A stretch of DNA of 64,000 nt from Ascidiella aspersa. Taxonomy: Eukaryota. The stretch lies in NCBI GenBank assembly GCA_963924565.1, contig OZ004610.1, forward strand, positions 11,904,001-11,968,000, read 5' to 3'. A model generated the notes under the pieces. It was not told where the DNA came from and made no database searches. It saw nothing but the letters and a program-made list of their open reading frames with translations. A program made the position numbers and the translations under genes. Shown piece after piece: positions 1-15,200 of this stretch. Each line of letters begins with the position of its first letter. Position 1 is the stretch's first letter.

Positions 1-221
1 CACGACAAAATCTGCTTATTGTGCTGTTTAGAAGAAACAAATCATAGCTTTTGCTCAGAGCAAGAAAAGCGTAATATGAACTTACACTTTCGACCTTTTA
101 TGATGAGTGTTCTCTAAACTTATGTATAGTCGACTAATCCCTTTTTTTCAATCGTAATCTATCGTCTTAACTTAACGCAATCAAATTTTAATATCTTGCA
201 GACATAAACTCAGGCACTTAC

Positions 222-3200
222 CCAAGCACTGATGAACGACACCAGACCAAGACCCATTGCTTCGGCATTTCCTGGATTCCAAAGGGTCTGCGTTGTATCC
301 GGCGTGACAGCGCACTGTGCATTCAGAAGAAACTCTAAAATTCCCATCCGCATCCTCCATTCCAGTGCACTCAACGTAACCGTTATTTGGGTCAGACAGC
401 TTAGGGCAGGTCACAGCTTCATATAACAGCAAACGTTGGTTAGATTTGTTTTTCGGATTTTCTATTAACAATTTCCGTAAGTGTAAAACTATTAAGTTAA
501 AAATGTCAAGGGTTTTATGAAAAGAAATCAGACACAACAAATAACCCCTTTTGACATTATGTGCGTTATACGCATGTATGAGACACCAAAGTTCACACTG
601 AATGCTTGAAAACGGCGATTTAATGCCCTTGTAGTGATATTTGGTTAGTTTATAGTAAATTGTCATTCGTCTTCAACCGGGAGGATTTTTTCCTTTTAAA
701 TCTATTTTAATTTTAGCCAATTTTCTCACGTCTGCAAACTGGAGCGACGTCGGACCAGGTGCGATTCGCCTGACACACTCGAAGACCAGGGCCGACCAAG
801 AAATGGTTACCATTGCAACGGTAACGGCACTCGGATTGCCAGGAAAGGTTTTGGTCGCACACGATGTCTCCGTTGTCGGGCGGTGTTAGCTTGGGACATT
901 GCCACTCTGGAGTGCAAATTCGTATGTTCATATTCCGTTATAGCGTCTGATCAGCTTTTTAGTAGAGTAGTCTATGGCAAGCGGAATGAAATTAACCATG
1001 TTGTTCAGCACAATACATGTAGAAAAAGTAGGCCAATTGAAGCGTATCGCAAATTAGTAGTAATAACAGTGATGCGTTAAAACAGGCTATATTTTATTTG
1101 GGCTAAATTAGTTCACCTTTGTTGCCAAACGGTACGACTCCCGGTGTACTTTTGGGGTTAACATTTCGTAAAACTTGTTGTAAATTTAAAAAATAATAAT
1201 AAGTTGTTTTCTCGCTTCGCGCGATTTTTTGTAAGACACGTTGTTTCACCTTGACAGATGGCAAGCATGCCTGACCAATTTCCATTGTCCTGACACGTTC
1301 TCGAACTTGAACCGAGTAATTCGAAGCCAGGATCGCAAGAAAACAAACACGTTGAACCGTAAGCAGATATGCCGTCAGTTCCTAAACATTCCATATTTCC
1401 GTTCAGTGGAGGGTTCAACGCTGGGCAAGTTAGAACTGCAAAATAATAAAAGGGGCCTAAAGTCTTAACCTTCAATGTACGTCGGACCATACTATAGTGT
1501 CAATCAATTAATTGATATAATTTTGTATATGAGAGTCGCATGTTTTTTTTACCATTTATTTATTTTCAAATACTTTTCTCTATAGATGCTTGTTTCTCGT
1601 CATTATCAACTATAGGATTTGTAGAGAATTCGTATTTAACTCTATAAGTTGAAAATAGGTGTATTTAATATGAGATGTTGAGAGTCAACGATAACATTAG
1701 TTGGTTTGCGTTTCGCATTTCAGTTTGACACAAGTAACATCCGTGGTACCTGCACACTTCGCCTTCGTACCAGACCAGGTAGCATTTCTAAGGCAAACTC
1801 TTGTTTCTGACCCGGAAATGACGTAACCTGCCTGACAAGTAAAGTTACAGGTACTTCCGTACAAAGACTCGTTTGTGCAGATGGTCGATCCGTACAAAGG
1901 ATTTGCAAGACGAGAACAGTTGATCACTAAAAACATTTCAAATTAGTTCGTGTATTTTATTGAAAGTGGTTTAGACTATTTTAATTTAAGCCTTTAGGAC
2001 CCAATGTCAAGGTTCACAGAGTGCATAATGCATTTACTTAGTCTTACTTTAATTGATTACCGTTCTTTGCGATAAGAGTTCAACCTTGTTAGTTAAATGT
2101 AACTGTGAATACATTTTCTCCTTAAAAATCCTGTTCTAACAAACGTTTGATGCAATTCTGTAAGCCAAAGACCGCACCAGACCCACAAGTTTTCAAATTA
2201 GTGGATAGTTTATTAACAGGAATTTAAAACTGTTGTGTTGGGAGGTACGAAAGAGCGACATTCTAAACTGGAGACTACATGTATTGAATGCTGTTAATGG
2301 GACAATAGTACTTAACGAACCTATGCAATCGGACTCTTCACCCGTCCACGATCCATTCGCCTGGCAAGCTCTGAGCGTGGACCCTCGTAATGTGGATCCC
2401 TCGCTGCACGTGGTTAAACATTCACTGCCGTATGGTTGCCACTCAGAAGCTACGGTAGCACATTCTGTTTTTCCAAGTGAAGGGTTTCGCAAGGGTGGAC
2501 AAACGACGGCTGTGGACAAGCAAAATGTCGTGTTAATCAGCAGCTAAAGTGAGATGTCCGTGAAATATGTATGCGAGAACTTAAGGGATGCGAATATAGA
2601 TTTTAATGTTAAATATATTTTCTTTATTGTTTTAAAAACGAAGTTTCTTTTTTTAGTGCATTTTCAATACCGCTTTGTTTTAAACGTTTGCGTTTAAGAT
2701 CTAACAGATGAAACGACATTATGACACAATGTAGGCATTGCTTTCTCACATGACCAATAAAGGGACATTGTATAACACGTTTTGTTGCAACGGCAAAACA
2801 TGGTAAATGCATGATGGTACCGACTGAGCAAACTTTGGATTGCAATCTTACTGGGGAATAGGTATCTCTATGATTATTCTCTGATAGCCGCGTTACAACA
2901 CAAGTATAATAGAAACACAATTTGTGCTAAAAAATATACCCAATTTCGCAAGGTAAATTTTTTAACAGCAATCGCTTTGTGTCTACGTTTCTCAAACCTA
3001 CTTTAAATTAACTAGATTAACTATAGAGAGCTACTTAAATGAAAACACAGCAACGCCAAACTTCACGGGTGACATTTTTACCTGAGCAGTTTGCATCGAT
3101 ACCGCTCCAGCTGCCGTTGGACTGACACACTCGGAAATCAGAACCGCTTAACTTTGATCCGGTGCTGCAACTGGTAAAGCATTCGCTCTTGTAGGAATGT

Positions 3201-6200
3201 ACCCCGTCAGGTCCGCTGCACACAGTTTCACCTAGTGACGGATCGCTCAGTAGTGGGCACTCGACAGCTGAATAAAAAACTAGCACTGTGAACAACATAA
3301 CCTAACCTCAGCTACACACATAGTCACCATAACCTCTATTCCTTACTTTAGAAAATATAGTTTAAATACAACTTTGCCGCTTGACAATGTTTTCGAACAC
3401 CTTGTCGGTAGCCTATTTGTTTGAAAACTATTTTACATGATTCGATCCAGTGCCCTAACCGTGTAATTTTCAACGTGTGTAATTGCTAATGTATATTTGT
3501 TTTATTTATTTGCTATTGGTTGTAAGTTGCTATCAGAACGTTCGCTCTAAATTTGTCAAAACGTGCACACATTTTTTTGAAAATAATGTTAAAAAACGCA
3601 ACTAACGAAGTCATCATTAGTTGTATAATTTCAATGTTGTTATGAAAGTTTGACTGGTTTGATATTGCTAATTTTCTGTTATAGTTAGCTACATAATATT
3701 TTACTACACGTAAAATCGAAAGTTAAGTTTTACATTTACAAAAGTAAAAGTATTTTTGTCAACATACGTCTGCAATGGTTCTCCCCTCCGCTCCAGGTTC
3801 CATTTGATTGACAGATTGTCTCGCCAACTCCCAAAACCCGGTAACCAACGTCGCAAGTCAATATGCATAGGCTGGGATACATTGAACGGCTTGAAGCTCC
3901 AGAGCATTTGAAGGAACCATTGGAAACGTTTGCAAGAGGCGGACATTCGACAGCTAAAATTAGTTATCATTAAATGATTGTTGAGTTTCGTTTTGAATTG
4001 CGGAACACCGATAAGCAAACTTGTTTTAACCTTTAATTACATTTTTAGTATTTTTTTTTTTTTTTTTTTTTTTTAACAACTGTAAACGTTAACCATTACG
4101 CACCACTCTCTGCAGCAATTTAGCAAGCTATGGGGTTACACTGAAGGTAAACCTGAGTGTCGTTTAGTACCAAACCATTTTAAGGTGGCTATATTAATTG
4201 TGTCACTAAAATAGTTTGACTTGTAAAAATGAAAAAAGGTAATCCATTCAATACAAGGTAACCGTAAAACATGTTTCCTAAATATGTTATAAGACGTATG
4301 CAACGCCACAACGGGCTACAAGTGTGCTTGCAAACTTAGGCAAAACATACGTTCGCAAAGTGTATCTTGTCCAGACCATGAGCCGTTCACCAGACAGGCC
4401 CGTAGCGGGGAACCACGCAGGTCGAAACCTTCTGCACATCGAAAGGAACAGACACTGCCGAATGTGGAATCATGCTCTGAGTTGTTGCAGTTCTTCGCAC
4501 CATAAAGGGGCGTGGAAAGCGCCAAACAAGGTTTTGCTAAACAATTGGATAAGATTTTGGAGAATAATGGTTAGAGGTTGTAGTGAGACGGAATAAGAAT
4601 ATCAAATCCTATAAAGAAGTCGGTATCATTTTGAACGTTTCGATTAACTCTTTATTCATTTTCAACATAATTGGATAAGAGTTATTTGTAATGAAATTGC
4701 ACGAAAGTGAAAAGATAAAACGAAAATCTAGGCCTTTAAAATGGGTTCATAGGAAACGTATTGGGGTCCGCGCTTTAGTTTTGCGTACACTTGGTGAAAT
4801 GAAATGTTAAACCTTTAAAAAAATGAATGTTAAACCTTTAAAGCAGTGGTTCTCAACCTGTGGTACGCGAAGTCATTTTGGGTGGTAGGCTATACGCAGT
4901 ATGTTTTTAAGCAAAATTACAGTTTTATCAAAAGGTTAAGCATTTATTTTATTGTAATAAGCTATACATTCATTATAATGATTGTATAGTTAAATATTTT
5001 ATGCTTCTTTAACGATAGGAATTGTTATCTTTCTGGAACATCTATGCAAATTTATTTTATGACATCATAGCAAAACAACAAAGAATTACAAACTTAACTA
5101 CCAGTATCTTGCAAGTTGAAAAAGAGAAACTTTTTTGAGTGTAGTGGGCCGCATTTGTTTTGAAATTTCTGGCCTAACTATAATTAGCTAATCCACCTCT
5201 TTTAATAATCCTATATAGCCTTCATTTTGAGTAAAGTTGATTTTTTCGACAATTTGTTGGTACGCAACAAGATCATAGAAGCTCGAGGTGGTACGCGGTG
5301 AAAGAAAGGTTGAGAACCAGTGCTTTAAAGGGTAACAGCAAATTGTGTTTCGAAATAGCCCTTGCTAATCGGTGATTAATCGTTTAGCCATTAGCGTTGG
5401 GCTACCTCTATTACCTTTGCATGTTCCAGATTCGTCTGTCCACGTCTGATTATCCTGGCACTCCCTGAAGGCATTTCCTAACAAGAAATAGCCAGCACTG
5501 CAATTGACTGTACAGTTTGCTCCTATGGCGTGTGGACCGCGGTCACTGAAGCATTCGACGGAAGCGCGAAGCGGAATCGTTGGTGGTGGACAGGTTTTAA
5601 CTGCAAGGAAAAATATTCGTTGAATAACGTAGATGCAAAAACGACTTTTCTAAAGTGCTATTCAAATTGAAAGTGTGTATTAAAGGACAAGCGTAACGTT
5701 TACTTGACTGGTTTGACCTACTCAACTTAGCTTGATAAACATAATTTAGTATATATTTTAGTTACAGACTAATCAAACAAGAACAGTTATGGCATAATGG
5801 ATTTTCTCGCATCTGCCCCAACAAAAAAGACTTAATGTTTCAAAAAGTGACTATCGTAAACTTGAGACCATAAGTCTAAACATTTTACGTTTTAAAACCA
5901 AAAATGACAACACCGCGCATTGCCACATAACATTAAAGTAGCGCTTAATAAGAAACAGCATTACTTTGACAAACAGCATCTTGTCCGGTCCATGAGCCAT
6001 TTTCCGTGCACTCTCTTTGTCGAGAACCAACCAAGTTAAAAACTGCCGGACACGTAAAGGTACAGATATCACCGAATGAAAGCGCTTCTTGAGTTTTGTT
6101 GCATTTCATTTCGGTGAGCGGCGGTGCAGTCAACGGCGGACAAGTAACAGCTGAAAACATGATAAAGTTAATTTTTATTGGCCGATATTGGCCTACTATT

Positions 6201-9200
6201 TTCAAGGTGAACTTTTACGAATAAGTTTGGTCTTACAAGCAAAACAGGGCAAATTTAACAGTTTAAAATATAACCTAGCTCAGTTCCAATTTTGACCAAA
6301 TTAACTTAATTTTTTCGGGATTAAAGCGCTTTAGTTACTATCAAAAACCAATTAATTAAATTTTCCCCTAGGGTGAAAACGTTTTTTATGTCCCACATTA
6401 TGGCCACCTGTAATAGTAGGCTATAAGGTTCCGCAACTACAATACTGTAAAAAGCTTCAACTAGAGAAAAGGCTGTTTTCTATATAATTTTTAGTCCAAA
6501 TATGCTAACGTTTTAATGAATACCAGCACAAGTTGCACGACTTCCACTCCAAGTGCCATTTGCTTGACACAACCTTAACTTCGAGCCGTCCAGAAAAGAA
6601 CCGGTACTACAGCTTGTTTCGCATTCACTACCGTAGCTGTTGGCTCCATGAAGACCGCTACACGTTGTTTCACCGAGTTGAAGATCTCCCAACAGGGGAC
6701 ATTTCACCACTGAAGTTAAAACATGTTGTGTTAAATAGCTGTTGAAATGTAATCAATTTAATTTGAATGTAATTTTGAAATTGTTGGAATAGTAGTGAAT
6801 GTTTGCTTATAGCCTTAGTGTCAATATAGTGTCAACTTGATAAACTTAGGGGGCGGAAAGACACGATTTTTTTTCTCCAATTGAACAACATATATTTGCT
6901 GTATCTATTTTCGGTGATGATTTGCAATTACCCCATATTCCATGCCGATATTGTGCTAGGTCTTTGTTATTTAGTTTTTTTAGGTCAAAAAATCGTCCTA
7001 CTCATTATACAATTGCAGTTGTCTATATTGCTTTACTTCTGAGAATTATTGAATTGAATGTTTTTTTAAATAACATCGCATGAGCAATCCAAATGTACTA
7101 TCTACTCTGCTTAACGTACCTGCACAGTTCGATTGTTTTCCACTCCAGATGCCACTTCCTTGACAAACCCTTAACTTGGAACCAACTAAAATGAAGCCAT
7201 CGTCGCAAATTGTATCGCATTCGCTGCTGTAGAAATTCGACCCATACAAACCGCTGCATTTAGTTACACCCCAAGCAGGATTTTGCAACACCGGACACTC
7301 CACAGCTATCAAAGAAAAAACAAACAATTTGAAACCATTTTCTATTACTGATCTGCATTTCTTATTGAACATAAAATCAGTTGCGGCCTTACGTTGACAG
7401 GTCGAAACCATGCCCGACCAGGTGCTATTCGCCAGGCAACGCCTTTCCTTGGAACCTACAAGGTTGTAACCGAGATCACAAGTGAAACGGCAGATCGCAT
7501 TTGTTGTCCAAGGACCTTGCTCTCCGAGACATTCCAGGGCGCCGTTTAAAGGACTCGACAACTGCGTACAAGTCGTCACTGCATAGCAAATGATACAACT
7601 TTTCCTTGATGTTTTGATATTCATTTTTCGCGTTATTCCATCCTATGTTTTATATCAAGCCGCAGAACTTTAAATACCCAACTTGTGGTGTACAAAGCAA
7701 GATTTTCATCAGACAAAAATTTTAAAGTTAAATGCATGATTCCAAGTTTGAAACAAATTCTACTGAAATAAATATTGCTAGACACAACTGTTATAGAGCG
7801 TTATTTAAGCGTTTTCTTATCATCGTACAACTAGGTACGGTATAAATAAAATGTCAGTTTATTTTTTAGGTTAACTACGGACAAAATAATAAATAAAATC
7901 ATCGGAATCACCCCGTTAGATAGCTTCATAAACTTCTAACCTTTGCATAGCGCTCTCTCGCCGCTCCATGTCCTGTTAGCGAGACATTCTCTAACCTTCG
8001 ATCCGCTCAATCGAAAGCCAACATCGCATGTCGCAACGCAAACGTTGCCATAATACGCGTCGCTCCGGTGGCATTCCATCTTTCCGTTAAGCAATGAGGA
8101 GAGAGACCCGCAAAAAATTGCTGTTGTGGGAATTTAAAAACCAAACTTATCACTCTTTAAAAATTTATTAATAATACCGTACATTATTTTCATTGTTTGT
8201 TTTACGAACTATGCCTGTTTCAACACTGCCGGTTGCTGATGTTTTTCACAAGATTAAAAAATACAATAACTAAAACACACACAATACTTAAGTGACGACA
8301 AGATTGACATCACAACTCCTGGTTAAAAGCTACGAAATTTGAAGTAAATACATCATTTTAAAATACATCGCAGTTAACGTAATGATTTTCATAATGGTAT
8401 TGCTATAATAAGGACATTGTAAGAACTTCAACCAAAGTTTAGGAATATATTTCTGTGAATTAAATGCAATTAAATTTGACTAATGGAAATTTTCCTTCGC
8501 TAAAACATTTTTAATTTCATTTACGAATGACTTACGTTTACACACAGCGCCTTCTCCCGACCAAGATCCATTTGATTGACAGGTGAATAAACTTAGTCCG
8601 TCAACCTCATAACCGTCGTGGCATTCCAGTGTACAGTGGCTGGAATAGGCGTACAAGCCCAAATCCCCAGAGCAGTTAAAATTACCATTGGAAATGTTTC
8701 CGACTGGTGAACATTGGATAACTGATAAGGTGAAATAAAAATGGTTAGAATGCGCAACCAGTCCAGCCTTTCAACTAAACCATAATCACTAGTTTTGGTG
8801 CAATTAATAAAACACGACTTTTAAAAATAAAACTAATCATTGCCATTACTATTAAAAAATAACAAATTAAGAAAATACGGTCAGATTGTTTGTATGCACT
8901 TTTGTAGCAAGAAACATACCTTGGCAAACTGTTTGCACGCCTGACCAGCTGCCATTGTTTGAACAAGTTCTTTGATTGGAACCTAGCAGCTCGTATCCAG
9001 ATTCGCAGGAAAATGTGCAAGTCGCACTTTGTGAAAATGGCCCGTGGGCGCCGACGCAGTCCATGTAGCCATTGTTGGGAGGTTTTAAAGCCGGACACTC
9101 AAAAGCTGCAAAAGTGACTAAACAGTTCAAGTAATGCAGAAATGCTCGTATTGTGGTTCCCAACTTTTGTTAAAGTTTGAACCGAATGAATAACTGATCG

Positions 9201-12200
9201 GAAAAATAACGCCAATGTATCATTGCTAAGTAAAAAAATAGGATTTAGATAAACAATACAAAAACTAGTTTCGAAACGTTTTTAGTTGCCGACCAGGTAC
9301 GATTGGGAACAGCACGATTCAATAAACGAAATACCGAAGAATAGGTCCGATCACAAATTATCTTGAAAAACATACTCATACACTAGCAGTGTAATTAATT
9401 AAGGATTTATGTAAATTGAGTAACAAAGTTTGATAACAAAGGTTTGTTCATTACACAGATAAACTGCTGTTCGCCCATAAGCCGTGATATACTATCTTGA
9501 AAAAGTGATACCTTCGCAAAATGCTTCTGTTTCCGACCAAGTGCCATTCTCCCGACATGTTCGAAACTGGGGTCCTTGCAATCCAAACCCGCTCTGGCAA
9601 ACAGTTTCACAAACGCCTCCATAGGATCTCGTGTTGCAGCGAATCGTTCCGTAAAGGGGATTGTTCAATGAGGGACAGTCGATTTCTACATAAAAAAAAA
9701 ACAGTTTTAAACATTTTGTAACAAACTGTTTGCACTTGTCGATCAACAGTATTAGGCTATATCAGAGGTGTCCAACATGAGGCACGCGACCTAATAAAAA
9801 ATGGCGCGCAAAACATAAATTGCGAATTCGTGACAAACCGACGTTAAATATTAAATATGTTAGAAATGACATTTATTTTATTGCCAATGCATTAACCACG
9901 TAAAAGAGAAAGTCGTGTTATTACTTTCGCAAAAGCTTCCCATGCCGCTCCACGATCCGTTGGGTTCGCATGTTTTTCGTCCATTTCCTACTAGTTTGTA
10001 TCCAGGTTTACAAATCGCCGTGCATTCGCTGCCGAAGGAAAAGTTTCCGTATTTTCCAACGCAGTTCCACGTTCCGTTAATCAAAGATTGAAACGCAGGG
10101 CACTGTATGACTGCGAATAAGATAACGTTTAATTAAAAACCGTCAACCTTTCCAGGTTTTTTTTTAAGGTTTGGTTTGGGTGACCACTAAGTAGTTTTAA
10201 GAGACCGCAAGTGTTTCATTTAAATACCAAAAAGTTGCAAGTCCAAAATTTGGGAAACCGCTGGAGAAATTTGGGGGACCGTTTCGTTTCTTTACCTTTA
10301 CATAATGCTTCAACATCCGACCAAGTGCCATTCTCCCGACATGTTCGAAACTGGGGTCCTTGCAATTTAAACCCACTCTGGCAAACTGTTTCACAAACGC
10401 CTCGATAGGAGCTCATGTTGCACCGAATTGTTCCGTAAAGGGGATTGTTCAATGAGGGACAGTCGATTTCTACATAAATAAGAAAACAGTTTGCAACAAA
10501 TTATTTGCACTTGTCTAAACAATATTGTATGCTTTGCCTGCATGTTATTCTACAAAACGTGAATTACAGATTCGTGACTAACCGACGTTAAATATTAAAT
10601 ACCGTATGTTAGAAATAATATTTATTCTAAAAAAAATTGCCAATACGTTAACCACATAAAAGAAGAGCTTTGGTATTACTTTGGCAAAAGCTTCCCAAGT
10701 CGCTCCACGATCCGTTGTGTTGGCATGTTTTTCGTCCATTTCCCACCATTTTGTATCCAGGGTTACAAATCGCCGTGCATTCGGTGCCGAAGGAAAAGTT
10801 TCCGTATTTTCCAATGCAGTTCCACGTTCCGTTATTTAGGTTTACAAACGCAGGGCACTGTACGACTGCAAAATAGCAAACGTCTACTTCAGAACAACTT
10901 TATAAGTCTTTCATTATATCTTCACAAATTTCAACGAGACAAGAATGATGGATGTTAGGCAATTTTAAAACTTTTGTTCTAATGTTTTTCTTTTTTTTAC
11001 CATCGGTAACGTTTATTAATGACAATTGAAATGATCAGTGACAATGGTTTTGATCAATGCTACTATAACTTACAATCACAACTTGTGTTTTGTCCGCTCC
11101 AGGTTCCATTTTGCAGACATGTTCGCGAATGCGATCCACTTAGTATCCAACCATTGGAACAGTTAAATTCACACACACTCCCAACTATGCTATTTGTACT
11201 TGTGGCAATGCACGCAGTTTCACCAAATCTGGGACTGTCCAACGATGGGCAGGTCACGGCTGTTTAAAATGTCACTGGTTATGATAAACCCATAACATTA
11301 AGTTGTCATACATTATAGATAGTTTCGGCCAAATTCATCCTTTAGTTGGATAGGCTTTAATGTACGTATTGGCTATATTACGACCTTTATGTTTTGAAGT
11401 TTCATGTGTAACAATTTTTTTAAGTAATTAACGATAACCGACTGACGTTTGGTATAATGTGAATATATGAAAACGTTCTTAGGCTGACACACAGTATATT
11501 TCTGGCTCCACGATTTGTTGTGTTGGCAAGTCGCACGCTCGTCGCCAGCAACTTTGTATCCGGGGTCGCAAATAGCGACGCACTCGCTTCCGTAGGAAAA
11601 GTTTCCATACTCCCCGATACAATGCCACGTTCCGTTGGCGAGGTTGCTTAGCGTTGGGCAAAGCACAACTGATAACAATAAACTATAGTTTACATCTACT
11701 GTTTTACGTTGTCAGATGACGACCGTAAATAAATAAAACTAAACGTTTTTAATAGTAATCATTTACCTTCGCATCCGCTGCTCTGACCGCTCCATGAACC
11801 ATTCTCCTGACAAGTCCTGCTCTTAGATCCAGTTAGTCTCCATCCTCGAGTGCAGTTAAATTCGCAAACGCTCCCGTAGGAATAGTTTCCACCAGGACCG
11901 TTGCATTTGACATCAGCAAAATTGGAAATATCCAACGAAGGGCAGGTTACCGCTGTTTTAAAAAGAAACGGTTTTATTGCAAAAAGGTAATTCTAGTTTT
12001 GGCGTTAGTAACTATTCTTTAAAACGCTAAAACAGTTTTACTCCTTTTAAAAGTTAAAAAAATGTAAAAATCTGTTTATCGTTACAAATACTGTGGAGAA
12101 AAATTAATGATGTATTAAAGGCACAGAAACACTCTTTAAAATTCTAATAACGCTAATTGGCGTGCTTCTCGTCAACGCACCACTTAACGTACACCGGTAC

Positions 12201-15200
12201 CCTAAAAGCGTGTCCAAAAATAAGTATGTGAACACAATTCACACCTGAACAAGTTGCGTTTGATTCGGACCAGGAACCGTCTGGCAGACAGAGCGAGAAA
12301 GAAGGTCCGACAAGCTCATGCCCGGGGTCGCATTCCAGCACGCAGAAGTAGTTATACTCGTAGGCATCCGCAACCTCGTAGCAGCTGGCCGATCCGTTTT
12401 CGGGAGAAGGAATATCGTCGCACTTGATCAACGTGGTGCTGTTTGTGTCTGGTGAAAAAAAATAATAAACTTACCCAAAATCCCAAAAGGTAGTAGTAAC
12501 CTACCAACATGCAGTGTTGTATAACTTCAGTACACTCAAATCACTGTTTTTAAATGACTTGACTTAAGTATTAGAGATAAATTGAATTAACTTGATTTAA
12601 GTCACTACGACAAACGACTTGACTTAAACTTACGTCATTTACAAAATGACTTCGCATATATTCAAATGTTTTAATTAAATATTTTTTATTAAAATAGGGT
12701 TATTTTAGGCAATTTTACTATTCCTAAATAACAGGAGTGGCTGAAAATTGTTGTAAAAAGACTTTTGGGTCTCTTCTTGTGTTTATTATTTAATCTTCTC
12801 GCAATTATTTAAGAATATTCAAAAAAGCGAAAACTGGTTCAGAACAACGTTTTATATATACATTCTGCGAAATCCTTTATCACGATATATTGTTAGTTTC
12901 ATTATTTATATGACATGACGTCATATGCAAGCTTATCTAAACAATAGGAAACATTAGCTCAGCGGTCACTGCGCAATTTCTAAGAAAGGCGATTTAAATT
13001 TAAATTGCATGATTTTTTTGGGCAAAACCAACACATTTCGCAGATAAGCAAATAACTTTATTAGGTATACTTGATTTTGTAGTTTTTCCTCTTGTAACCC
13101 TTGCCGCAAAGTGTTTTTCATTATAATACCCAACAAATAAATGTGCCTGACAAAAACTTACCTTTTTGACAGGTGACTTCGACGCCGGACCAAGTGCCGT
13201 CTGCAAGGCACGTCCTTGTGTCCGAACCGTTCAAGGCGAAACCCGCGCTGCAGTTGAGGAAGCAAATCGCTCCGAAGCTGGACGGACCCGACTCCCCATA
13301 ACACGTGACGTTGCCCCAATCAGGTCTCGTCATTACCGGGCACTGAATTGCTTCACGAGACAGCATTCAAGGTTAAAGCATTGTACGAAAACAAAAAGGG
13401 ATTTAAATGACGTAACTGCAGCGGATGACTTTTGGAGCAAATCAACGCCAGTTGGGAACGTTTTAAGGGAGGAAGCAGTAGGATTTGGTAAAATAAAGCA
13501 ACCATTAACAAATCCAAAAATTAAAACTAAAAAGTCTCTTAAACATAGCGCTACCAAAAATAATGTGGAAACAAAACAATAGTTTGGTTAATACTCTTAT
13601 AATTACTTTTGAGGATTGAGATTTAAAAAAAAAGAAAATACTATTTAAAAAAATTTTATTGAAAAGGTTTCTTTACACTGATGTAAATTGCAATTTTTTA
13701 GTCGAGTCTGCGCATCGTTAGGTCCATGTCACGAACCCCTAACTTATATCAGTAAAACTTCATTTTACAAGGCGCATACCGGTGCAGGTGAATCCCTGGG
13801 TGGAGGGCAGCCACTGCGCGTCATCAAGTTCGTCGGGCTGGCCGCAAGTTGTGGTGCTGGGACCCTGCGCTTGGTAGCCGTCATCACAGAAGAGTTCGCA
13901 ATGTGCGGCGATATCACACGATCCTAATGAACACTTCGAAGAAAGAATGTTTTCAGCAGTGTTTAAATATTGTAACATATTGATCTTCTGTAACTGAAAG
14001 CATCCTATATCTAAAACATTATGCTGGCAGTATTAAAATCTTTGTAGCCTACTTTAGTCGATAACCATATTCCTCGAGAACAATATTGTGACCTCATTAC
14101 AACGTTTTTTTTTAGTAGGCTTAGTTATAATGTTTCGGCCGAACTACAGTTGTTGTTTTTTGAAAAGGTTTAAAACTTCTTTATAATGGCTTTAACTGTA
14201 AGTGATTTTTACTGTCACTTTTGTGTAAACTTTTTTGTCTAATTTTTCTCACCTTGTCTGAACAGTTTGCGCCACCAAAGCGCGGCGGAGCAAAAAGGTC
14301 ACAGAAGGGGTATCCCGTGGTTGACGTTCCGTCCCAGATGCACCTAGAACATTGGTTTATATATTTAATTTTCTAACTTTATATAAACTCGATTAGAAGT
14401 TTATAATTTACTTAGTTTCAACTTTCAACCAACCTAATCACCACTTCTTACATTATATTATTAAATACACGAAAAATTTGAACAGATACGACAGAGTTCT
14501 TTCTATTTTTTAAAGCTTTAAACAGTAAGATTTTATTGGTGATTGGACAAATTCGCCTCACTTTAGACCAGCGGTTCTCAACCAGTGGGCCATGGCTCAC
14601 TGGTGGGCCACAGACCAATTTAAAAAGCTAGAATTAGTTTCATTTGTGTCATTATATTTAATTTTACAGGAATAATGGCATGGGGAAGCATTAAAAAGGA
14701 ATGTAAATTTATTGTTCAGCCGCAAGTATCTCACTAATGTACGGTTGAATAAATAATCTGTTTTGAAATATGTTCTGCTGTGTTTTGTTCTAAACATATT
14801 TTAAAGTTTTTTCTTTCATAAAAATTCTATTGGGCCACACAATTTTTTCCCAACGTAAATAGGCCACGAAAGAAAAAAGGTTAACAGCCACTGCTTTAGA
14901 CCGTGCCGTCTGAAAATATTGTCATTAACTTTTGGCTTAAGTTTGCGGAAATATTGTAAAAAAAGAGTGCCAAAAAGTTTTTTTTCCAGCAGAACTTACT
15001 CAAAGCAGCAGGAAATCCTCTAACACTTTTACTTCGTCGCTATATACACTCGCAAAAACCATAAACAAAACTTACGCAATACTCCGGCCCGCGTCGACAT
15101 CGGGAGGAGTCCACGAACCGTTCTTCATGCATTGCATGTCGACCTGCAGTTGTTCCCCGGGCTGCGTGAACCCGGGCAGGCACTGGAGGGAGCATTTGGA

